Source: a bacterium (lineage in GTDB: Bacteria > Auribacterota > Auribacteria > Auribacterales > Auribacteraceae). Taken from it: 64,000 nt of DNA. A program made the position numbers and the translations under genes. This document shows, piece by piece, positions 49,437 through 58,469 of this stretch (positions are counted from its first letter, which is position 1; each line of letters starts with the position of its first letter). The stretch spans positions 1,192 to 65,191 of the forward strand of contig JAHDNF010000008.1 in assembly GCA_018435605.1 (NCBI GenBank). Direction: 5' to 3'. The notes below the pieces were generated by a model. That model saw only the letters and a list, made by a program, of their open reading frames with translations. It did no database searches and was not told the DNA's origin.

Positions 49437-51155
49437 ATGAATATAGAGTCCCTCAGACATAGCGCATCACACGTTATGGCTCAAGCTGTTATGGAACTTT
49501 TCCCCGGAACTAAACTTGCCATAGGACCTTCGATAGAAGATGGTTTTTATTACGACTTCGATATGGAACATAAACTTATTCCTGACGATCTTGAAAAAAT
49601 CGAACACCGTATGGCGCAAATTATTAAAGAAAATCATCCGTTTGAAAAACGAACCCTTTCTCGCGCAGAGGCTATAGAACATTTCAGAAATCTAGGGCAG
49701 GATTATAAAGTCGAGTTGATCACGGATCTTGATGCGGATGAAGTTTCGTTGTATCGGCATGGTTCATTTGAGGATCTTTGTAAAGGCCCGCATGTAGAAC
49801 ATACCGGTCAGATAAGGGCATTCAAGTTGCTGAGTATAGCCGGCGCCTACTGGCGTGGCGACGAGAAAAACAAAATGCTTCAGCGTATTTACGGGACAGC
49901 ATTTGAGTCGGAAAAAGACCTTAGAAAACATCTGAATTTTTTAGAAGAGGCAAAAAAGCGCGATCATAGGCGTATAGGTCAGGCGTTGGATTTGTTCAGT
50001 ATTCACGATGAAGCTGGTCCGGGTTTGATTTTCTGGCATCCGAAAGGCGCGTGTATTCGCAACGTAATAGAAACCTTCTGGCGTGAGGAACATATCAGGC
50101 GGGGGTACGAGCTGGTTTATATACCACATGTATCCAAGGTTGATTTATGGAAAACCAGCGGGCATTGGGATTACTACCGTGAAAACATGTATCCGCCGAT
50201 AAAAATCGACGAGCAGGAATATATTGTAAAGCCGATGAACTGCCCTGGTCATATATTGATGTATAAAACACATCTTAGAAGTTATCGCGAGTTCCCGCTA
50301 CGATGGGCGGAACTCGGTACTGTGTACAGATACGAACGGTCAGGCGTTTTACATGGTTTGATGCGTGTTCGTGGATTTACGCAGGACGATGCTCATATTT
50401 TTTGTTTGCCCGATCAAATTCAGGACGAGATCACACGGGTTATCGAATTGGCGCTGTACATGATGAAAACCTTTGGTTTCGAATATAAACTATATTTGAG
50501 CACCCGCCCTGAGAAGTATACCGGTACGGTTGAAGAGTGGGAACGCGCGACCGATGCTCTTGAGAATGCGTTAAAATCGCTTGGGCTACCGTATCAGGTT
50601 GATCCGGGCGAAGGTGTTTTCTATGGGCCTAAAATAGATATAAAAATGGTAGACGCGCTCAAACGCGAGTGGCAGGGACCCACGATACAAGTCGATTTCA
50701 ACAATCCTCATAGGTTTGCTATAAATTATATAGGAAGCGACGGCAAAGAACACTCCGCTGTAATGATTCATAGAACTGTTTTAGGCAGTATGGAGCGGTT
50801 TATGGGTGTTTTGATAGAACATTTTGCCGGAGCCTTTCCTGTGTGGCTGTCGCCAGTGCAGGTTCGCGTAATCAATGTCGGCGAAACGGAATTAAACTAT
50901 TGCAGGGAAGTGTACGATATATTAAAACAAAATAATATACGTTGCGATTGTGATTTTTCCGATGAAAAACTCGGACAGAAAATACGTAAAGCTCAGGTTG
51001 AGCAAATACCGTATATGATCGTTGCCGGCGCTAAAGAAGCCGAAAATAAAACGGTTTCTATTCGCCATAGACGCAAACAACAACTTATGGACACGTCGCT
51101 ACAGGATTTTGTAGTAAATATAAAACGTGAAATTCAAGAAAAAATAAATGAGTGA
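49437..51155 (+). CDS. thrS: threonyl-tRNA synthetase (lacks the N-terminal TGS/N1 domain)
   Basis: Starts at the editing (N2) domain (HSASHVMAQAVMELFPGTKLAIGPSIEDGFYYDFD), then the class II catalytic core and anticodon-binding domain. 572 aa versus roughly 640 aa for the full-length enzyme. Confidence 0.9.
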   Translation: MNIESLRHSASHVMAQAVMELFPGTKLAIGPSIEDGFYYDFDMEHKLIPDDLEKIEHRMAQIIKENHPFEKRTLSRAEAIEHFRNLGQDYKVELITDLDADEVSLYRHGSFEDLCKGPHVEHTGQIRAFKLLSIAGAYWRGDEKNKMLQRIYGTAFESEKDLRKHLNFLEEAKKRDHRRIGQALDLFSIHDEAGPGLIFWHPKGACIRNVIETFWREEHIRRGYELVYIPHVSKVDLWKTSGHWDYYRENMYPPIKIDEQEYIVKPMNCPGHILMYKTHLRSYREFPLRWAELGTVYRYERSGVLHGLMRVRGFTQDDAHIFCLPDQIQDEITRVIELALYMMKTFGFEYKLYLSTRPEKYTGTVEEWERATDALENALKSLGLPYQVDPGEGVFYGPKIDIKMVDALKREWQGPTIQVDFNNPHRFAINYIGSDGKEHSAVMIHRTVLGSMERFMGVLIEHFAGAFPVWLSPVQVRVINVGETELNYCREVYDILKQNNIRCDCDFSDEKLGQKIRKAQVEQIPYMIVAGAKEAENKTVSIRHRRKQQLMDTSLQDFVVNIKREIQEKINE

Positions 51156-51169
51156 GGAGGTGAGGTCGT

Positions 51170-51688
51170 ATTACTGAGAAACGTATTAGAATCAATGAAG
51201 AAATAAAAGTCCCGAAGGTAAGGGCTATAGATGCCAATGGAGATCAGATAGGAATTGTACCTGTACAGGATGCGATCGAGAGAGCATTAAAGCAACGTCT
51301 TGATTTGGTTGAGGTCGCCCCGCAGGCTGATCCTCCGGTATGTCGTATCATGGATTACGGCAAATATAGATACGAACAGACGAAAAAGGTCAAAGAGGCT
51401 AAGAAAAAGCAACATGCATTTAAGGTCAAAGAGATCAAGATGCGGCCGAATACTGATCAGCATGATTATGAAACCAAATTACGCCACGGTCAGGAATTTT
51501 TGCAGAAAGGCTGTAAACTGAAAGTGACCGTTGTCTTTCATGGTCGCGAAATGGCACATCGGGAACTGGGGTTTCAAATTTTAGACCGGTTTCTGCAGGA
51601 TATCGCGGAATTCGGTTCTGTTGAATTGAGGCCTAAAGATATAGGACGCACGATAGTTACAGTTATCGGGCCGACGAAATCCAAATAA
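51170..51688 (+). CDS. infC: translation initiation factor IF-3, AUU start codon
   Basis: Reading upstream of the ORF-track TTG start, the frame is open back to ATT at 51170, preceded by GAGGAGG at a 9-nt spacing. Translation (M)TEKRIRINEEIKVPKVRAIDANGDQIGIV...PPVCRIMDYGKY matches IF-3. Confidence 0.85.
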   Translation: MTEKRIRINEEIKVPKVRAIDANGDQIGIVPVQDAIERALKQRLDLVEVAPQADPPVCRIMDYGKYRYEQTKKVKEAKKKQHAFKVKEIKMRPNTDQHDYETKLRHGQEFLQKGCKLKVTVVFHGREMAHRELGFQILDRFLQDIAEFGSVELRPKDIGRTIVTVIGPTKSK

Positions 51689-51755
51689 TTCCTCGATTTA
51701 TTCTTATGTAAATACCGGATATTTTATTTGTTTTTACGATATTCGAGAAAAACTA

Positions 51756-51784
51756 TTGAAATACGTAAAACGATCTGGTAGTAT
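51756..51784 (+). promoter_or_regulatory. internal sigma70-type promoter TTGAAA-17-TAGTAT upstream of rpmI-rplT
   Basis: Lies in the 160-nt infC-rpmI spacer, followed by a roughly 65-nt leader. Confidence 0.45.
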
Positions 51785-51850
51785 ATACAGCATTTCAAAT
51801 CCTGTAGCAAAAATTTAATTGTCTTAACATAAAGGAATACGAGGTAATCC

Positions 51851-52048
51851 ATGCCAAAATTGAAAACAAATAAAGCGGCATCAAAACGGTTTAAGTTAAC
51901 TGCCAATGGCAAAGTGAAGAAAAATTCAGCTTTTGCTAGTCATATTTTGACTAAAAAAAGTTCCAAACGCAAACGTCAATTGCGTAATAGCGAAGTGCTT
52001 GCCGAAGTTGATGTGCCGAAAGTGAAAAAATTACTGCCATACGCATAA
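51851..52048 (+). CDS. rpmI: 50S ribosomal protein L35
   Basis: [24 protein letters not shown]. Confidence 0.9.
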   Translation: MPKLKTNKAASKRFKLTANGKVKKNSAFASHILTKKSSKRKRQLRNSEVLAEVDVPKVKKLLPYA

Positions 52049-52108
52049 TCAAATAGGTTATTGGTTGTTTTGTGATATAAAAACATTTTTGTTGGGGAGG
52101 TGATTTTA

Positions 52109-52462
52109 GTGACACGCGCAAGAAATAATCCTGCATCAAAAAGACGCAGAAAAAAAATATTGGATATGGCAAAAGGGTTCAGAGGAGCGCGAAAAAGCCA
52201 GATCAGGCTTGCTACTGAAGCTACAAATAGGGCTATGGCTTTTGCGTACAGGGGGCGGAAAGAGCGAAAACGCGATTTTCGGGCGCTATGGATTACCCGA
52301 ATAGCCGCCGCTTCGGAATTAAATGGCACCACGTACAGTAGGCTGATAAGTGGCTTGAAAAAAGCAAATGTTGCTCTTAATAGAAAGATACTAGCCGATT
52401 TAGCTGTTAGTGAACAGGCTGTGTTTTCGAATGTCGTCGTTTTGGCTCAACAAGCTGAATAA
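52109..52462 (+). CDS. rplT: 50S ribosomal protein L20 (GTG start)
   Basis: (M)TRARNNPASKRRRKKILDMAKGFRGARKS. GGGGAGG Shine-Dalgarno sits about 8 nt before the GTG, so the ORF-track start at 52100 has no spacer. Confidence 0.85.
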   Translation: MTRARNNPASKRRRKKILDMAKGFRGARKSQIRLATEATNRAMAFAYRGRKERKRDFRALWITRIAAASELNGTTYSRLISGLKKANVALNRKILADLAVSEQAVFSNVVVLAQQAE

Positions 52463-52474
52463 TGTGATGTTCCG

Positions 52475-53503
52475 ATGTTCGAAATCAAATCTCAAATCAG
52501 CAAGATAAAAGTCGATGCCGAAAGTTTGATTCGTTCTTGTGAAAACAAAAACGAAATCGAACAACTGCGCGTTCGTTTTCTTGGTAAAAAGGGTGTTGTA
52601 ACCGCGTTATATAAGAACCTGAAAGATATTACGCCTGAACAACGTCCTGAAGTCGGCGATTTAATAAACACCTTGAAAGACGAAGTTGCCCGTGAATTAG
52701 ATTGCAAACAATCTTTTTTTTTACGGGAATCATTGCGAAGTCGTCTTGTTGAAGAGGAACTGGACGTAACTCTGCCCGGAAAACCCGTAACCCTAGGTCG
52801 CATTCATCCTATTACAAAAGTTTTGCAGAGGGTTATAGATATTTTTCAAGCTCTCGGTTTTTCCGTGGCTGAAGGTCCTGAGATCGAAAAAGAGTATTAT
52901 AATTTCGATGCTTTAAATATCCCGTCACATCATCCTGCGCGTGACATGCAGGATACTTTTTTTATCGATGTCGGCACTCTCTTGCGCACGCATACATCTC
53001 CTGTACAGATTAGGGTTATGGAAAATCGAAAACCGCCGGTGCGTGTTATTGCGCCCGGCCGTGTGTATCGTAATGAAGCTATCAATGCTCGAAGTTACTG
53101 TTTGTTTCATCAGGTGGAAGGTTTTTATGTCGATAAGCATGTAACGTTTGCCGATCTGAAGGGGATTTTGGGTCATTTTTCAAGAGAAATGTTTGGGGCT
53201 AAAACCGCGATACGAATTCGTCCGAGTTATTTTCCTTTTACCGAGCCGAGTTTGGAGTGTGATGTTTCTTGTTTCTTATGTTCGGCAAAAGGATGCAGGG
53301 TATGTAAATATACCGGATGGCTGGAAATACTCGGTGCGGGTATGATTCATCCTGCGGTACTTAAGGCAGGCGGTTTTGATCCTGACGAAGTGCAGGGCTA
53401 CGCTTTCGGAATGGGAATAGAGCGTACGGCTTTATTGCTGTATGGTATCAATGATATTAGATTGTTTTTTGAAAACGATATGCGGTTTTTGTCGCAATTT
53501 TAA
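52475..53503 (+). CDS. pheS: phenylalanyl-tRNA synthetase alpha subunit
   Basis: Class II motifs ...FPFTEPS...GAGMIHP... Confidence 0.9.
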   Translation: MFEIKSQISKIKVDAESLIRSCENKNEIEQLRVRFLGKKGVVTALYKNLKDITPEQRPEVGDLINTLKDEVARELDCKQSFFLRESLRSRLVEEELDVTLPGKPVTLGRIHPITKVLQRVIDIFQALGFSVAEGPEIEKEYYNFDALNIPSHHPARDMQDTFFIDVGTLLRTHTSPVQIRVMENRKPPVRVIAPGRVYRNEAINARSYCLFHQVEGFYVDKHVTFADLKGILGHFSREMFGAKTAIRIRPSYFPFTEPSLECDVSCFLCSAKGCRVCKYTGWLEILGAGMIHPAVLKAGGFDPDEVQGYAFGMGIERTALLLYGINDIRLFFENDMRFLSQF

Positions 53504-53517
53504 CTCAGAGTTTTATT

Positions 53518-55917
53518 ATGAAAATAAGTTATTCATGGTTACAAGAGTTTGTTGATGTTCCATATACGCCTGAAGTATTGGCCGACAAACTGACACTGCT
53601 CGGACTTGAGGTGGCGTCTTTAACGCCTATCGGGAAAAACCTGTCCAATGTTGTTGTCGGCGAGGTCATAGACCTGAAACCGCATCCGCAGGCTGATAAA
53701 TTGAAGGTATGTACTGTTGCCGCTGGTGCAAAGAAGTACAATGTTGTATGCGGAGCTCCGAATGTAGCAGTGGGACAGCGGGTTCCGTTAGCGCTTGAAG
53801 GATGTGTTTTGCCGGACGGAATGGAAATAAAGAAAACGGAAATCCGTGGTGTTGGGTCGCAAGGGATGATTTGTTCACAAAAAGAACTGGGGCTCGGCGA
53901 CGATGCCGCCGGCATTATGGTACTTGGCGAATCCTTTGAACCGGGAACCGATTTTAATTCGGCTAAAGGTATTACCGATTGTATATTTGAAATAGAACTC
54001 ACGCCGAATCGTCCGGATTGTTTAAGTATGACAGGTATTGCCCGCGAAGTGTCCATACTTACCGGCAATGTGTTGCGTTATCCTGTATATTCCAAACCTG
54101 AAGTTCTTGAAAAACAAGACGATAACATATCCATTACAATAAAAGACCCTTCTTTGTGTGAAAATTATTCTGCATATATCATTCGTGGTATTAATGTTAG
54201 TCCATCGCCTTTTTGGCTGGCCAATAAGATAGAAAAACTAGGCATGCGTTCGATCAATACCGTTGTCGATGTAACCAATTTCGTATTGCTTGAAATGGGA
54301 CATCCTCTTCATGCTTTTGATTTGAATAAATTGAAAGGCCCTCAGATAATTGTCCGGCGTGCGTTACAGTGTGAAAAAATTATTACTCTTGATAGTAAAG
54401 AGCGAATACTTGACAAATCCATGCTTGTCATAGCCGACTCAGACGACCCTGTAGCTGTGGCCGGTGTAATGGGAGGCGCATCTTCTGAAGTATCCGTTGA
54501 AACAACAGATATTTTACTGGAAGGGGCGTATTTTAATCCGGTTTCGATTAGAAAAACAGCAAAATCTCTGGGATTATCAACAGAGGCATCGCATCGTTTT
54601 GAGCGGGGAACTGATCGTGTCGGATTTCAAAAAGCGTTACAGCGTGCGGCGTATCTTATTGCGGAATTGTGCGGCGCGTCCTCAATATCTCCGCTAATTG
54701 AAAATAATGCTCTCCCCGCTGAAGAAAAATTTATTGTTTGTAACACAAAAAAAATCAGCTCTTTGATCGGTGTTGAACTATCTCACGACGAAATAGTTGC
54801 TTTTATAGAAAAATTGGGTATTGATATAGTTCAGCGTAATCATGAAAATTTAAAGCTCTCTATACCGTCTTATCGGGTAGACATTGCCATTGAGGAAGAT
54901 ATAGTAGAGGAAATCGCGCGTTTATACGGTTATGACAAAATACCTATGGCACGGCCGGGCAGTACATATGTGGAATGCGAGGTTAATAAAAAATTGATTT
55001 ATTCGAGGTTTACCCGCGATGTCCTTGTAGGGGCGGGTTTCTATGAAACATTGACTTGTTCGCTGGTATCCGAATCGGTAAACAAACGTATTCCATGTTG
55101 GCTTAGCGAACCCAACATGCCGCCGGTTTGTGTCCAAAATCCTATCAGCGAAATGCAAAAAGCCCTGCAGGCCAGTTTGATACCTAATCTGCTAGATGTA
55201 GTTGCCGTGAATGTCAAACATAAAGCTGAAGCGGTTAAACTGTTTGAGCTTGGAAATATTTTTGTTCCTGTATCGCCGATGCAGGCACATGAAAAATATA
55301 TGCTCTGTATAGCTGTAGCTGGTAACATAGAACCGGCTTCATGGCACGGCTCGGCAGAATTGTGGGATTTTTACAAGTTCAAAGGATTTCTGGTTGGATA
55401 TTTGGATATACTCGACATAAAATCGTATATGGTAGATCGTGTTACGCTGGAGTACCTGCATCAGGGAAGAAGCGCTAAACTATATGATGGTGACACGTTT
55501 ATAGGTATTTTCGGTCAGATACATCCTTCAGTCGCTATCGATCTGGGTGTTCCTGAAAACACGTTTATAGCCGAACTCGATGCACAGTTTTTGATAGATA
55601 AAATGAATTTGCGCGGAGCGTATTCGCCGTTGCCTAAATATCCGGCTGTTGAACGTGATCTTGCTATTGTGGTGGATCGCCAGATAAATTTTCAGCAAAT
55701 AGCAGAGACTTTGGCTATGTTTGAACCGCCACTTATGGAAGATTGGAAACTGGTTTCATTATATGAGGGCGATCCTATTCCCGAAGGGAAAAAGAGTTTG
55801 AGTTTGCGTATGCGCTATAGATCCGCTGATTCCACACTTAAAGATGAAGAAGCCGATTCGGTTCATAATGATTACGCGGCACAAGTAGTAAGAAAACTCG
55901 GATGTGAATTACGTTAA
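53518..55917 (+). CDS. pheT: phenylalanyl-tRNA synthetase beta subunit
   Basis: 799 aa. N-terminal tRNA-binding domain and B3/B4, B5 and FDX-ACB domains; immediately after pheS. Confidence 0.9.
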   Translation: MKISYSWLQEFVDVPYTPEVLADKLTLLGLEVASLTPIGKNLSNVVVGEVIDLKPHPQADKLKVCTVAAGAKKYNVVCGAPNVAVGQRVPLALEGCVLPDGMEIKKTEIRGVGSQGMICSQKELGLGDDAAGIMVLGESFEPGTDFNSAKGITDCIFEIELTPNRPDCLSMTGIAREVSILTGNVLRYPVYSKPEVLEKQDDNISITIKDPSLCENYSAYIIRGINVSPSPFWLANKIEKLGMRSINTVVDVTNFVLLEMGHPLHAFDLNKLKGPQIIVRRALQCEKIITLDSKERILDKSMLVIADSDDPVAVAGVMGGASSEVSVETTDILLEGAYFNPVSIRKTAKSLGLSTEASHRFERGTDRVGFQKALQRAAYLIAELCGASSISPLIENNALPAEEKFIVCNTKKISSLIGVELSHDEIVAFIEKLGIDIVQRNHENLKLSIPSYRVDIAIEEDIVEEIARLYGYDKIPMARPGSTYVECEVNKKLIYSRFTRDVLVGAGFYETLTCSLVSESVNKRIPCWLSEPNMPPVCVQNPISEMQKALQASLIPNLLDVVAVNVKHKAEAVKLFELGNIFVPVSPMQAHEKYMLCIAVAGNIEPASWHGSAELWDFYKFKGFLVGYLDILDIKSYMVDRVTLEYLHQGRSAKLYDGDTFIGIFGQIHPSVAIDLGVPENTFIAELDAQFLIDKMNLRGAYSPLPKYPAVERDLAIVVDRQINFQQIAETLAMFEPPLMEDWKLVSLYEGDPIPEGKKSLSLRMRYRSADSTLKDEEADSVHNDYAAQVVRKLGCELR

Positions 55918-56037
55918 TTATTTTCTTTTATATATGACAAAACTCTGATAAAATCTAAACATAGTCGAATTTAAACTTTATTAACTTAAACTTAATCTTA
56001 AAAAATTGAAAGAATAATAAATTAAGGAAATTGTGCC

Positions 56038-56331
56038 TTGAGTACGGATACTAGAAAGTTTATCATCAAAATTTTAGATAAGGAGTATCCCATAGAGAGT
56101 AATTTATCGCAGGAGCGCTTACTCGAGGTTTCCAAATATCTTGATGAAAAATTTTCGGAATTACAAAAAGTCGCTCCTATGGTACCAGTTGGCAGGTTAG
56201 CAATTTTGGCGTGTTTAAATATCGCAAATGAATTATATGATACAAAGACAGCATTCAGGAAAAAATTGGATGATTATGACGCAAATATTTCAGCGGTAAT
56301 CGCTGTTATTGACGAGGTCATTTCCGATTAA
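56038..56331 (+). CDS. zapA: cell division protein ZapA (TTG start)
   Basis: IKILDKEYPIESNLSQERLLEVSKYLDEKFSEL; 97 aa. Confidence 0.75.
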   Translation: MSTDTRKFIIKILDKEYPIESNLSQERLLEVSKYLDEKFSELQKVAPMVPVGRLAILACLNIANELYDTKTAFRKKLDDYDANISAVIAVIDEVISD

Positions 56332-56345
56332 TGATTATAACTTCA

Positions 56346-56532
56346 CGCAACCCTGCCATGTCCGACTAGAGGACAATCATTTTTTGCACCAACACTAATA
56401 GACCGGGAATTCTGATCGTTCGGTGGATTACAAGCCTCTCTAGAGGGGATGTGTGAAGCTGGAGTAAGAGTACCCACTTGTACATACAAGCGTGTCAAAG
56501 ATGTTGTCCCGACGGCATTGCGGCAGGGTTGC
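56346..56532 (+). ncRNA. ssrS: 6S RNA (SsrS)-like structured RNA
   Basis: About 187 nt whose ends form an 11-bp closing helix (gcaaccctgcc ... ggcagggttgc), extended by a GGACAA/TTGTCC pairing around internal bulges. Internal palindromes are present. The position immediately after zapA and before ygfA reproduces the E. coli zapA-ssrS-ygfA arrangement. Confidence 0.55.
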
Positions 56533-56548
56533 TTCTGGTAAATGGATA

Positions 56549-57871
56549 ATGGATCTTTTTGAATATACCGCTATAAAAAATGAAGATAAGGCCGAATTTC
56601 ATCCGTTGGCTTTCCGTATGAGACCGCAAACATTGGATGAGTATGCCGGTCAACAGCATATTCTCGGTGAGGGTAAGTTACTGCGGCGACTTCTAAAAAC
56701 CGACCGGATCGGATCGTTGATTTTCTACGGACCGCCTGGAACAGGTAAGACAACTCTCGCTTTGCTTATATCGAAAACCACAGGAAGCCGCTTTGTATCA
56801 GTCAACGCGGTAACATCTAACGTGCAGGAACTGCGCGCCGTTATAGACTCCGCTAAAAAAACTTTTCTACTCAACCGTCAACGAACAATTTTGTTTGTCG
56901 ATGAAATCCACAGGTTTAACAAATCGCAACAGGATGTATTATTGCCTCATATCGAGGAAAATACCGTGGGGTTCATAGCTACTACAACGCAGAACCCGTG
57001 TCTGGCATTGACATCGCCTCTTGTATCGCGAAGTCATGTGTTTCAATTCGAGATGTTGACGCATGAAGATATAGTATCGTTGCTAAAGCGTGCTATCGGC
57101 GATGACCGGCGCGGTCTTGGATCTATACCTGTACGGGTCGGTGAAGATGTTTTGGATGAAATAGCGAGGAATTCCGACGGTGATGCGCGCAAAGCGCTTA
57201 ATATGCTGGAAGTCATAGTATTGACTGCTCCGCATAATGTATCTGAGAACCATAATATAACACTAGAGGAAGTTAAAGAAACTATTCAACACAAATTTGT
57301 CCGGTATGATGAAGACGATCATTACGACACTATTTCGGCGTTTATAAAAAGTATGCGGGGGTCCGACCCTGACGCGGCTCTCTACTGGCTGGCTAAAATG
57401 TTGGAAGCCGGCGAGGAACCGCGGTTTATAGCGCGCCGGATTGTGATTTGTGCCGCTGAGGACGTCGGTACTGCGGACCCGCAGGCATTGACTGTGGCAG
57501 TGTCCGCATTTAACGCATTGGAGTTCGTCGGTATGCCGGAATCGAAATTTTTTCTCGCTGAGGCTACTGTATATATAGCGACTGCACCTAAAAGCAATGC
57601 GGTGACGGTCGCCATAAACGAAGCTCAAGCGGCAGTACGCAACAAAAGACTCGAACGTGTGCCGGATCATCTGCGCGATGCACACTATAAAGGAGCAAGT
57701 AAACTTGGCGCAGGTGACGGATATCAGTACCCACACGATTTTCCGGGCCATTTTGTGGCACAAAAGTACAGGGAAGGTGTTCAGAAGTTTTACTCGCCGA
57801 CAAGGCATGGATACGAACAGATTATTCAAGATAGGATTGCGGAATGGAACCGAATCAGAAACAATTCCTAA
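56549..57871 (+). CDS. rarA: replication-associated recombination protein A (RarA/MgsA AAA+ ATPase)
   Basis: Start at MDLFEY.. (56549), downstream of the 6S-like element. Motifs AFRMRPQTLDEYAGQQHILGEG, Walker A GPPGTGKTT, Walker B ILFVDEIHRFNK. Confidence 0.85.
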   Translation: MDLFEYTAIKNEDKAEFHPLAFRMRPQTLDEYAGQQHILGEGKLLRRLLKTDRIGSLIFYGPPGTGKTTLALLISKTTGSRFVSVNAVTSNVQELRAVIDSAKKTFLLNRQRTILFVDEIHRFNKSQQDVLLPHIEENTVGFIATTTQNPCLALTSPLVSRSHVFQFEMLTHEDIVSLLKRAIGDDRRGLGSIPVRVGEDVLDEIARNSDGDARKALNMLEVIVLTAPHNVSENHNITLEEVKETIQHKFVRYDEDDHYDTISAFIKSMRGSDPDAALYWLAKMLEAGEEPRFIARRIVICAAEDVGTADPQALTVAVSAFNALEFVGMPESKFFLAEATVYIATAPKSNAVTVAINEAQAAVRNKRLERVPDHLRDAHYKGASKLGAGDGYQYPHDFPGHFVAQKYREGVQKFYSPTRHGYEQIIQDRIAEWNRIRNNS

Positions 57872-58452
57872 GAAAACAAATGAAGCATCTGTTCGAGCAG
57901 TCGGCTACGTCTGAGGAAAGGGCACGTATAAGCGATATAATATCGTATAACATTATGGAACAATCTTTTTTTTGTACGGCATTATGCATTATGGTTTATT
58001 GTCCTTTGTCTGACGAGGTGGACATTATGCCGGTTATAAAAAAAATAATTGCCGATGGTAAAAAACTTATTGTACCTAAAACTGATGTGGAAAACCATAC
58101 GATTATACCGTGTTTGGTAGTCAACCCGGAAAAAGATTTGTCTTCCGGATATTCAGGAATACTTGAACCGAAGGCCGTAAGGCCGGTTTCGTATGGTCAG
58201 ATTGATGTAATTTTGGTGCCCGGCAGGGTGTTTGACAGATCGGGTTGCCGGATTGGTAGAGGCGTGGGATGTTATGATCGTTTTCTGCGTAACATACCAG
58301 GCGCATTGAAAGTCGGTGTGGCATTTGATTTTCAGCTTGTAGACAGAATTGAACCGGCTGAACATGACATTTGTATGGATATGTTGATCACAGAAAAAAC
58401 AATTTTGAAAAATGAAAATTTTGAAAAAACAACCATTCACAAGAAAAACTAA
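57844..58452 (+). CDS. ygfA: 5-formyltetrahydrofolate cyclo-ligase
   Basis: VILVPGRVFDRSGCRIGRGVGCYDRFL signature; overlaps rarA by 28 nt. Confidence 0.8.
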   Translation: MEPNQKQFLRKQMKHLFEQSATSEERARISDIISYNIMEQSFFCTALCIMVYCPLSDEVDIMPVIKKIIADGKKLIVPKTDVENHTIIPCLVVNPEKDLSSGYSGILEPKAVRPVSYGQIDVILVPGRVFDRSGCRIGRGVGCYDRFLRNIPGALKVGVAFDFQLVDRIEPAEHDICMDMLITEKTILKNENFEKTTIHKKN

Positions 58453-58469
58453 GAGGAGTTGTATAGAAA

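Noticed and set aside
53529-54068. 179-aa antisense ORF inside pheT, and similar antisense or embedded ORFs (571-930, 3774-4097, 13911-14261, 35232-35715, 57263-57829, 62106-62576 and others)
   Set aside because: Each lies wholly inside a strongly supported conserved gene on the opposite strand or in another frame, has a low-complexity or biased composition, and has no Shine-Dalgarno. They are treated as spurious.
56492-56548. Longest-ORF start of rarA (MSKMLSRRHCG…)
   Set aside because: It would overlap the 3' closing helix of the 6S-like RNA and adds residues absent from RarA homologues. The internal MDLFEY… start aligns with the RarA N-terminus.
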